From Pseudomonadota bacterium (lineage in GTDB: Bacteria > Bdellovibrionota_B > Oligoflexia > Oligoflexales > CAIMVM01), in NCBI GenBank assembly GCA_037142195.1, contig JBAXBA010000073.1, positions 1 through 18,407 of the forward strand: a stretch of 18,407 nucleotides of DNA, given 5' to 3'. The translations under genes were made by a program, and so were the position numbers. This document shows positions 1-7,399 of this stretch, one piece after another. The first letter of the stretch is position 1; each line of letters starts with the position of its first letter. Below the pieces are notes generated by a model. The model was not told where the DNA came from. It saw only the letters and a program-made list of their open reading frames with translations, and made no database searches.

Positions 1-441
1 TCCAGAAATAAAAGATTTATTCGGATCGTTACGTATTTAGTTCAGGAAGTTAGGGTTCAAGTCCTAGGAAGTATAGTGGGTGTGCTATTGGCCCATGGCC
101 TCTTTGGCCTAGAACTGTTCCAGCTCGGCTCCACCGATCGAGGACAGATACGCTTAATTCGATCTGAAGTTGTGGCTACTTTTGGTTTGATTACTGTTAT
201 TGCATTAGCTGGTAAAAAGAGTGTGGACGTTGTGCCTATGTCGGTAGCCCTCTACATAACTTCTGCCTATTGGTGCACTTCATCTACTTCTTTCGCTAAT
301 CCTGCCGTAACCATAGCCCGCAGTCTCACAAACACATTTTCTGGCATTCTTTGGACAGGAGCGCCGGCTTTTATGGGAGCCCAATTTGTTGGGGCAGTCT
401 TGGCATTTTTGGTGTCTGGCTATTTTTTGGCGAGGCGTTAG
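1..441 (+). CDS. MIP/aquaporin family protein, AqpS-like; 5'-truncated by the window edge or degenerate
   Basis: Frame 1 is open from base 1. The motifs EVVATFGL and AYWCTSSTSFANPAVTIARSLTNTFSGI (second NPA box in AqpS-type context) and AQFVGA are present. The first NPA box is not in the window. Confidence 0.85.
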   Translation, partial: SRNKRFIRIVTYLVQEVRVQVLGSIVGVLLAHGLFGLELFQLGSTDRGQIRLIRSEVVATFGLITVIALAGKKSVDVVPMSVALYITSAYWCTSSTSFANPAVTIARSLTNTFSGILWTGAPAFMGAQFVGAVLAFLVSGYFLARR

Positions 442-810
442 ATCTAGTGGGTCAACTTTTTATCCGCGATTATGGGCTGCTTCTAGTAACTGCCAGCTTC
501 GCCTAGAAGTAAGCTCATGGGTCATGTATGGCTTTCAGAAGTTTCCTAGTGCCGTGCGCTGCGTTTGGATACCCTTGAGATTCGATGGATCTCAACTTGC
601 CGTTAGATTTTCTAGTTGTAGGAAAAGAATTTCTTAGCTGTTAGAACGTCACTTGTCATTGCACTCCAGAGAGCATGTCAAACAAAATTTCCACGATTTC
701 CTAATCCAACAATTCTAAAACCAAGCTACGGAATGGGTGGATTGAGTAAAAGACCTTCCGCAATCATGAACTCTTATGCTAAATACAGATTGGTGGGAGG
801 TAAAGATTTG

Positions 811-1812
811 ATGATTTCTTGTGAACTTGTTACCAAAAATTTTCGGATCTATAAAAAACCAGGTGGCTTTGCCCAGTCTATTCGAAGTCTCTGGAGTCGT
901 GAGTTTCATGATACCCACGCCGTGCGTGATTTTGACCTTCAGGTAAAGAAAGGTGAAATTGTAGGCCTTCTTGGTCCTAATGGCGCTGGAAAGACGACGC
1001 TCATGAAGATGTTTACGGGCATTATTGTTCCGACTTCGGGACAATTGCGAGTGATGGGCTATGAACCCGCACAGCGCGGGATTCCCTTTCGTAAAAAAAT
1101 TGCCCTGGTTATGGGGCAAAAATCCCAACTTTGGTGGGATATTCCAGCTATCGACTCCTTTCTTCTACTTAAAGCATATTACGAGATACCAAGTTCTGAC
1201 TTTCGAATGAGGTTGAATCAATTGGCCTCAGTCCTGCAGGTTGAGCACCTGATGGATGTCCACGTACGAAAATTGTCCCTCGGGGAACGCATGAAAATGG
1301 AACTCATTGCGAGTCTTCTTCATCGCCCCGAGATTATTTTCTTGGATGAACCAACTATTGGTTTGGATGTTATTTCTCAGAAGAATATTCGAGAGTTTTT
1401 GATATCTTATCAAAAACAGCATGGGACCACGATTATTTTAACCTCTCACTATATGGCTGATGTGGAGGCCCTTTGCGGGCGCATTGTCTTGATTTTAGAA
1501 GGGCGTAAGAGATTTGATGGGCCCATTGTCGATTTCGGTGCCCTTTTGGGTCGTGAAAAATTTGTTTCTTTGGTCTTTTCATCGTCTCTTGATCGACAGC
1601 CTGCGGAGTGGGAAAGTTATGACCCCCAGTGGAATTTAGAGCGAACAAAAGTGGAACTACGGATTCCTGAAAAGAATATGGGGGCAGTGATAGCCGAAAT
1701 ACTCACCAAGTTTCCGGTGGTCGACTTCTATACGGAAAAACTTCCGATTGAAAGAGTCTTGGAAACACTTTTAGCGAAACCACAACTTATCAGTACCATG
1801 GCTCAAAATTGA
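811..1812 (+). CDS. ABC transporter ATP-binding protein (ABC-2 exporter type)
   Basis: Walker A GPNGAGKT, signature LSLGERM, Walker B IIFLDEPT and H-loop SHYM. Start placed at ATG 811 because GGAGG lies at 796-800; the ORF track starts at 733. Confidence 0.95.
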   Translation: MISCELVTKNFRIYKKPGGFAQSIRSLWSREFHDTHAVRDFDLQVKKGEIVGLLGPNGAGKTTLMKMFTGIIVPTSGQLRVMGYEPAQRGIPFRKKIALVMGQKSQLWWDIPAIDSFLLLKAYYEIPSSDFRMRLNQLASVLQVEHLMDVHVRKLSLGERMKMELIASLLHRPEIIFLDEPTIGLDVISQKNIREFLISYQKQHGTTIILTSHYMADVEALCGRIVLILEGRKRFDGPIVDFGALLGREKFVSLVFSSSLDRQPAEWESYDPQWNLERTKVELRIPEKNMGAVIAEILTKFPVVDFYTEKLPIERVLETLLAKPQLISTMAQN

Positions 1813-1818
1813 GGATCT

Positions 1819-2622
1819 ATGCAAGCTGAACTTCTAAAGTGGACGCGGACATTTGCGATAACCTGGAGTAGCCAGTTTGCGTATCGTGCTGATTTTATCA
1901 TGCAGGTCATTGGCCCTGCTCTCGTATTCTTCCTAGTTAAGTACAATTTGTGGTCATCTTTATTTCACTTATCTGGAATCTCTCAGATTCAAGGTTATGG
2001 CCAGACTCAAATGTTAGCTTATCAAGCTTGGGTGTTCTTAGTGACTCTTTTAGCTCAGGGGTATAACAATATGAATCTTTCTGAAGACATTCGTCTTGGC
2101 AAAATTTCAACACATCTTATTTACCCTTTTTCCTTCTGGAAGTTTCAAACGGCACGTTTTCTATCATTCCAGTGCATTCAAATTCTAGTGGCAGCATTGA
2201 CACTTGGAATACTCGTCGCCTTCGATCTTGTCGAAATACCGAACTGGGATCATTTAGCTATGGGGCTCGCGATTTGTATGTCGGTGGGTGTTCTATGGTT
2301 TGTAATTGCCTATGTTCTAGGGCTAGCTGCCTTTTGGTTAGAAGAAACCTGGGTTCTCAGGGTCATGTTTGTACTCATATGTAATTTCTTCTCTGGTGCG
2401 GTATTTCCGCTTGAGATATTTCCTGCGTGGTTACGAGGGATTTTAGTCTATAGCCCCTTTCCCTATCTCACGTCAGTTCCCGTTCAATATCTGATGGGCA
2501 ACTTGCATCAGAGTGTGGGTTCAGTTTTCCTAGCTATAGGATTTTGGACTCTGGTCGCTTGGGCGGTCGCTTATTTGGTATGGAAGAATGGCATGCGTAA
2601 TTATGCAGCTGCGGGGATGTAA
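1819..2622 (+). CDS. ABC-2 family permease (DUF990-like)
   Basis: About 6 hydrophobic segments and the motifs AYRADF, SEDIRLGKIS..LIYP and FSGAVFPLEIFP. Starts 6 nt after the ATPase stop, with a GAGGA RBS overlapping that stop. Confidence 0.9.
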   Translation: MQAELLKWTRTFAITWSSQFAYRADFIMQVIGPALVFFLVKYNLWSSLFHLSGISQIQGYGQTQMLAYQAWVFLVTLLAQGYNNMNLSEDIRLGKISTHLIYPFSFWKFQTARFLSFQCIQILVAALTLGILVAFDLVEIPNWDHLAMGLAICMSVGVLWFVIAYVLGLAAFWLEETWVLRVMFVLICNFFSGAVFPLEIFPAWLRGILVYSPFPYLTSVPVQYLMGNLHQSVGSVFLAIGFWTLVAWAVAYLVWKNGMRNYAAAGM

Positions 2623-2626
2623 TTTT

Positions 2627-3418
2627 ATGGGAACGATTAAGAAATATCTTTCAGTCTACCGCGAATTCCTCGGCAATTCTCTAGCGGAGGCCACTACTTA
2701 TCGTCTCAATTTTTTCTTGGTCATGGTCATGGATTTGATCTTCTACGCAACAAGCCTCGGATCCATTGACTTTCTATTCCAGTATGTCACTAAAATCGGC
2801 AATTGGGACCGTGACCATTTCTTGTTTTTTATCAGTTTCATGCTCGCCGTCGATCACTTGCACATGACCTTTATTAGCGAAAATTTTTGGAGTTTTTCTG
2901 GTGATATTCGTACAGGAAAACTTGACTTTGTTTTGTTGAAACCGATATCCGGACTTTTCATTTGTTTTTTTCGTCTTATGAGACCAGGAACCGTATTGAA
3001 TGGGGTGGTTCCATGGACGCTCTTGATTGCTTTTGGATCTCGCTTGGGGTTTGGCTTTTGGTCCTGGGTATCTCTATTACCTATGGTCTTGCTCGCCTTG
3101 GCCCTCATGGTCTCCATAGAAATTCTGATAACTCTTTTTGGATTTTGGACCATATCTTCTTACGGACTTAATTTTCTAAGACTGCAGTTTCAGCAGTTAG
3201 CCCGTTATCCCGATTTTATCTATCGTTACTATTTTCGCAAGTTCTTTACCATCTTTGTGCCAGTTCTTGCTATTGGATCTGGTCCTGTGCAATTCCTATT
3301 TGAACAGGGTCTTCCGGGTTTAACACTGTGGGCAGGAGGAGCTCTGATCCTCATCAGCGCCCTTATCAGAATCACTTGGCGAAAAGGTTTGGCTGCTTAC
3401 GAGTCGGCCTCGAGTTAG
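2627..3418 (+). CDS. ABC-2 family permease (DUF990-like), second subunit
   Basis: Motifs TYRLNF, IRTGKLDFVLLKP and ARYPDFIY with multiple TM segments. Likely start is ATG 2627, 4 nt after the upstream stop. Confidence 0.9.
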   Translation: MGTIKKYLSVYREFLGNSLAEATTYRLNFFLVMVMDLIFYATSLGSIDFLFQYVTKIGNWDRDHFLFFISFMLAVDHLHMTFISENFWSFSGDIRTGKLDFVLLKPISGLFICFFRLMRPGTVLNGVVPWTLLIAFGSRLGFGFWSWVSLLPMVLLALALMVSIEILITLFGFWTISSYGLNFLRLQFQQLARYPDFIYRYYFRKFFTIFVPVLAIGSGPVQFLFEQGLPGLTLWAGGALILISALIRITWRKGLAAYESASS

Positions 3419-3768
3419 ATTAAGGAAGCGTGCTTTGAGTGTAAAGATTTCATAAAGACTTATTTTTGATTTAGATGTCTTTAATTTTCTTTTGACCATG
3501 AAGATCTCGCAGTGTGCTGATGACGCCAGTTCCATTGATAGGCAGAGATTGCGAGCCTTTTTAAGGATCCTAGAATAGTGAAGAAGTCCTCTTAAATTTG
3601 AGGAGAGTGCTAGGATTTTCTTTCCTAGTGCAAATGTGGTGGACTCGGACAAAGTGGGATTCTGGCGGCGATCTGGGGCGCAGGGTTGATTGAATGGCAG
3701 AAGTCTCCTATGCTTTCATAGTAAACTTCTGAATAGTCTAATCGTCTTTGCAGGGAGAATCTTTGATT

Positions 3769-4359
3769 ATGGGTTCATTAAAATCCAGTTTAGTAGCATC
3801 TGTTGCCCGCAGTATTTTTCTCATTCCTTTAATGTTTGGCTGCCAGTCGACAAATACCCAATCCGCACTCCAGCGAGAATCAAATCCAGATAAGGCTATC
3901 CGTGAAGGTAAGGCAAATTCCTCAGAGGTCGGTGAGGGGTGGCGGCGGAATGGAGAATGGTACGAAGCAGAATTGGATTCAAAGGACCGGGATTCTCTAA
4001 CCGCCAAGCTGTATGAAGTCATGCGAGTTGAGGGGGAGATGGAGCGCGCTGAAAATGACTTACTGCCCTCAGGAGAAAAAGAATGGGCATTTCATTCCAC
4101 TACTGAAGAAATCAAATGCTCTAAGCATGACGGCGATTACAAGTGTAAACTGAAGTTTAAGAACCTTAAATTTTCTGGATCTGTAGCGGAAACCGATTGG
4201 AATCTATACGGTGTGCTACCCAAACTCCATGCGGCTTTGATGGGAACCACAATGGTTCGGGCACCTCGCATCGAGGGGCAATCGAGCTCGAAATTTATTG
4301 AGTGTGAGCAGCGAGTGGCACCAACTGTTGGCACAAGGTGCCTGTTTAAATTGGACTAA
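3769..4359 (+). CDS. Hypothetical lipoprotein
   Basis: Signal peptide ending in lipobox-like MFGC, AGGGAGA upstream of ATG 3769, and 4 further Cys residues. No recognisable family. Confidence 0.7.
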   Translation: MGSLKSSLVASVARSIFLIPLMFGCQSTNTQSALQRESNPDKAIREGKANSSEVGEGWRRNGEWYEAELDSKDRDSLTAKLYEVMRVEGEMERAENDLLPSGEKEWAFHSTTEEIKCSKHDGDYKCKLKFKNLKFSGSVAETDWNLYGVLPKLHAALMGTTMVRAPRIEGQSSSKFIECEQRVAPTVGTRCLFKLD

Positions 4360-4368
4360 GCCAGAAAA

Positions 4369-4424
4369 TGCCCCTGCCATGGAGCGAGTCATTTCTCACT
4401 TCTGTTGCGGGGGCGCTTTTTATT
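4369..4424 (+). terminator. Long hairpin with T-tract between convergent genes, probable terminator
   Basis: TGCCCCTGC (4369-4377) pairs with GCGGGGGCG (4407-4415) with further inner pairing, followed by CTTTTTATT. Confidence 0.5.
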
Positions 4425-4442
4425 AACTTTTGCCATTTTCTT

Positions 4443-5501
4443 TTAACACTGATCCTTACAGAAGTCGTCTTTAGACTCCACTTCTAGGGTGCAGTGAAAC
4501 AAGCCTAATTTAGAAAGCCTTTGGCGGATTTCATTTTTGACGAGTTGCGCTTGGGATGGATCTTCGGCTACTACATGGGCCGTTAAGATTTGGGTCATTC
4601 CATTTAAGCTCCAGACGTGGAGGTCGTGCAAGGCCGATACACCTTCAACCGAAGAAATCACAGCCCTGATGTCTTCTACGGTAGTGTCTTCTGGCTTTGC
4701 CTGCAATAGGATGTCCAAGGTACGCAAAAAACCTCTTACGACATTTATGGAAACAAAAATGGCAATGCAGATGGCTAATAGGGGATCTATCCAAACCCAA
4801 TTTGTAAAGTGAATGATCACTGCACCTACAAGAACAGCCACCCAACCGGCAGCATCCTCAAACATATGCCATTTAAGGTTCTTGTCTAAATAATGGGAGC
4901 TTCTTGACATTTTAAAATAAGCATAGCCATTAACTAAAACGCCTAGGAGAGCAAAGCCCATCATGGACTCGGTCGTAGGAGCCACAGGATCGGCAAATCG
5001 TTTGAAGGCGCCGAAGACGATAAAGATGCTACTGATCATGATAACCATGGAAACGATCATGGAGCCTAGAAGCGAGTATCTCGCATAGCCATAGGTGAAT
5101 TTCTGATCCTTAGACTTTCTGCTATAGCGCTCCAGTAGCCAAGCAATGCCAAACGTTAAGCTATCCCCGGCATCATGCAAAGCGTCTGCTAGAATGGCAT
5201 AGCTTCCCGTCAGGAATCCCCCCAAGATTTCAATCAGAGCAAATCCAAAGTTTAAAAAGAATGCCAGACCAACTTTGGAGGAGTCTCCTCCCTGCAAAGC
5301 GCCTGCCCCACAATTTAAATGATGGTGATGATGCCCATGGGAATGGCCGTGTGAATGCCCGTGACTGTGAGAATGCCCGTGACTGTGAGATTTCAGATGG
5401 TTTTCGTTAAAATGACGTCCCTCAGAATGCTTAGTCGAGTCACGTGGGCCTTTAGGGCTAAAAGGTGCTCCCGTGCCGCTTTCTATTTTTTTAAACTTCA
5501 T
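4443..5501 (-). CDS. Cation diffusion facilitator (CzcD/ZitB-like) with His-rich N-terminus
   Basis: Motifs ILADALHDAGDS, FTYGYARY, HMFEDAAGW, IDPLLAI and HDLHVWSL, plus an N-terminal (HSHG)n poly-His tract. The start codon is uncertain. Confidence 0.95.
   Translation of the reverse strand: MKFKKIESGTGAPFSPKGPRDSTKHSEGRHFNENHLKSHSHGHSHSHGHSHGHSHGHHHHHLNCGAGALQGGDSSKVGLAFFLNFGFALIEILGGFLTGSYAILADALHDAGDSLTFGIAWLLERYSRKSKDQKFTYGYARYSLLGSMIVSMVIMISSIFIVFGAFKRFADPVAPTTESMMGFALLGVLVNGYAYFKMSRSSHYLDKNLKWHMFEDAAGWVAVLVGAVIIHFTNWVWIDPLLAICIAIFVSINVVRGFLRTLDILLQAKPEDTTVEDIRAVISSVEGVSALHDLHVWSLNGMTQILTAHVVAEDPSQAQLVKNEIRQRLSKLGLFHCTLEVESKDDFCKDQC
5355..5390. repeat. Perfect 2 x 18-bp tandem repeat encoding SHSHGH twice, with degenerate HSHG codons continuing to about 5320
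   Basis: ATGCCCGTGACTGTGAGA occurs at 5355-5372 and 5373-5390. Confidence 0.9.
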
Positions 5502-5521
5502 AACGATTCTTTTCCATCAAG

Positions 5522-5625
5522 AGGTCTCCTACTGAAATCCATTTGAAGGTGCCTAAACCGTTTCCCATCGTAGTCGGGTTCAGGCAGCGCTGGCCGCGAT
5601 TTCACTGCCGCTATGAGAGCAACCT
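5522..5625 (-). promoter_or_regulatory. Putative structured 5' leader of the CDF gene
   Basis: Nested stems 5551-5559/5577-5585, 5533-5539/5598-5604 and 5522-5529/5616-5625, with an alternative stem 5583-5589/5603-5609. The G-U pairs of the inner and alternative stems form only on the minus strand. Confidence 0.35.
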
Positions 5626-5675
5626 TACATAAGATTTTGTTCTCTCGGCAATGTCGCAAATAGAAATCTTTTTAA

Positions 5676-6575
5676 CTAATCAACAAAGCCGCCCAGAACT
5701 CCTTTTACCGCAACAGCACTGGCATTGTGTGCATGCAAACTTTCAAAGTGAATAACCTCCACCCTAAAGTCAGCGAATTCATCTCTCGTGCGAAGGGCAC
5801 GAGCTACTTTTCTTGCAGCGTCTTCAGCAAACATCAAATGAGTCGCATTCAATCTAGCAAATTCTTGTTCATCTTCGCGCTTCACAGCTGCTTGCACGGG
5901 TGTGCCCAGCGCCCCTTCAATTTGATCGATAATCTCCACGACATCGGGGGTTGAGTTGACTTTCAAGGTGACGAGGGCGTGAGACCTTTGGCCATGGGGA
6001 GTCGCCGAGATGCCTTGCTCTTGTCCAAGCCAAGTATGGACGTCTTTAAAGTTAAGAGTGGCGTCTGAAAAGGAACGCCCAAAGTTTTCTTGAATCAACT
6101 GTCTTGAAAGGGCGGCTGAACAGGGACAGGTGCTCGAATAAGTGACTAAAACTTCCAAAAAAAGATCCACGCTTTCTGGGCTCGCTTCGCCCTTCCACTT
6201 GAGGGGATAAGTTCTCCAGCCCTGATGGTTTGACTTTAAAGCTTTTCTCTTTAGAGGTAGATCGTATCTGACTTCAACGAAGGCTTTTTTACTTAACCCT
6301 TGGTGGGAATTTAAAAAAAGTCCGAGAATATGCTTCAAACTATCTGCGTCACACGGCTTTGATTCCAGCGTGGATGTGAGTTCAAGAAAGAGTCTCGACA
6401 TATGAATGCCTTTTGCATCTGCCTGATCGAGGCTCACAAAAGCATCTGCTTTGCCTGGAATCAACATCATGCCCTGAGGACTGGGGACCAGAACAGGAAT
6501 TTCAATATCCGTCATTCCGACTTTGGCGAGGACTCCCGAAGAGCGGGGCGCCGTTTCAGAGGCGATATCTGGCAT
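5676..6575 (-). CDS. folE2: GTP cyclohydrolase IB (FolE2)
   Basis: Motifs KGIHMSRL, YSSTCPCSAAL, ATPHGQRS, VKREDEQEFA, MFAEDAAR and HFESLHAHNA. Start is probably MPDIA at 6575; the ORF track extends to 6629. Confidence 0.95.
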   Translation of the reverse strand: MPDIASETAPRSSGVLAKVGMTDIEIPVLVPSPQGMMLIPGKADAFVSLDQADAKGIHMSRLFLELTSTLESKPCDADSLKHILGLFLNSHQGLSKKAFVEVRYDLPLKRKALKSNHQGWRTYPLKWKGEASPESVDLFLEVLVTYSSTCPCSAALSRQLIQENFGRSFSDATLNFKDVHTWLGQEQGISATPHGQRSHALVTLKVNSTPDVVEIIDQIEGALGTPVQAAVKREDEQEFARLNATHLMFAEDAARKVARALRTRDEFADFRVEVIHFESLHAHNASAVAVKGVLGGFVD

Positions 6576-6707
6576 GGATTTCAAATTGGTTTCCTTTCCC
6601 GCGGGTGGACTTGAAAATAGATGCCACAATACTTAAGTTGACTTATTTACGCAAGTTAGCGATAGATGTGCCAGATAGGTTTCCTTTAGCCGTGAAGAGG
6701 TCTTGCC

Positions 6708-7145
6708 ATGATGATGATCCAGGATAGGAAAGATAAGCTACTTCAGGAGCTTAAGGCTCAACCCAGCCCGGATGACCGATTTCGATATCTCATCAAAAAG
6801 GCAGGCGAGCTGGAAATTTTGACGGAAGCTGAAAAAAACGACAAGTTTTTAGTCAAAGGCTGCATCTCTCGAGCTTGGTTGATTCCCCGTTTTGATGGGG
6901 AGCGTGTTTATTTTAAAGCTGATTCGGAAGCTTCTATTGTCAAAGGAGTCATAGCCGCCATTGTGCAGGTTTATTCGGGTGGCACACCTGAAGAAATCAT
7001 GGACCTATCGCCGGAGTTTCTGGCGGAGGGAGGGGTTTCTGATGCTCTTTCCATGAATCGGCGCAACGGTTTAGCGAATATGCTGAAGCAAGTCCGCCTT
7101 TATGCTTTTGCCTATCAATCCTTGACAGAAAAAGATCCTAAATAG
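6708..7145 (+). CDS. sufE: SufE family Fe-S assembly sulfur acceptor
   Basis: VKGCISRAWL (catalytic Cys), FKADSEASIVKG and LSMNRRNGL match SufE/CsdE motifs. Confidence 0.9.
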   Translation: MMMIQDRKDKLLQELKAQPSPDDRFRYLIKKAGELEILTEAEKNDKFLVKGCISRAWLIPRFDGERVYFKADSEASIVKGVIAAIVQVYSGGTPEEIMDLSPEFLAEGGVSDALSMNRRNGLANMLKQVRLYAFAYQSLTEKDPK

Positions 7146-7399
7146 GCTTTATGAGTTGAGATGGCTGTTAAGTGCGGCATGTTTCGCAGGGGGTTCTAGT
7201 CGCGATCATGCCTCTTGGTAACCACCTAAGATTCCGGAGGAGGATTTTAATCGACAAACCTCCGGAAATGTTTGCGCCTGACAAATCTACCGAGAACGTG
7301 TGGAAGCAAACTGAAGTCCTGCACGGTGGCAACCTAAATCCATGGGGGCCGTATTTTTCCTAGATCTCCAAAAACAAAGGGACTTGCCACTTTCAGATT

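Noticed and set aside
51..67. GGTTCAAGTCC resembling a tRNA T-arm
   Set aside because: The stem pairs only 3 bp in register, there is no acceptor, anticodon or D arm, and it lies in the aquaporin reading frame.
5516..5624. SAM-I riboswitch-like words on the + strand (ATCAAGAG, GGTGCC, CTGGCC, GCAACC)
   Set aside because: The words are in the wrong order and antisense to the downstream gene, so they are likely coincidental.
5522..5625. 6S RNA, cobalamin or NiCo riboswitch assignment for the CDF leader
   Set aside because: It is too short for 6S, and only fragments (GGGAA, GGAGACC) match the riboswitch consensuses. GGAGACCTC also precedes the gene starting at 15295, so it is probably just RBS context.
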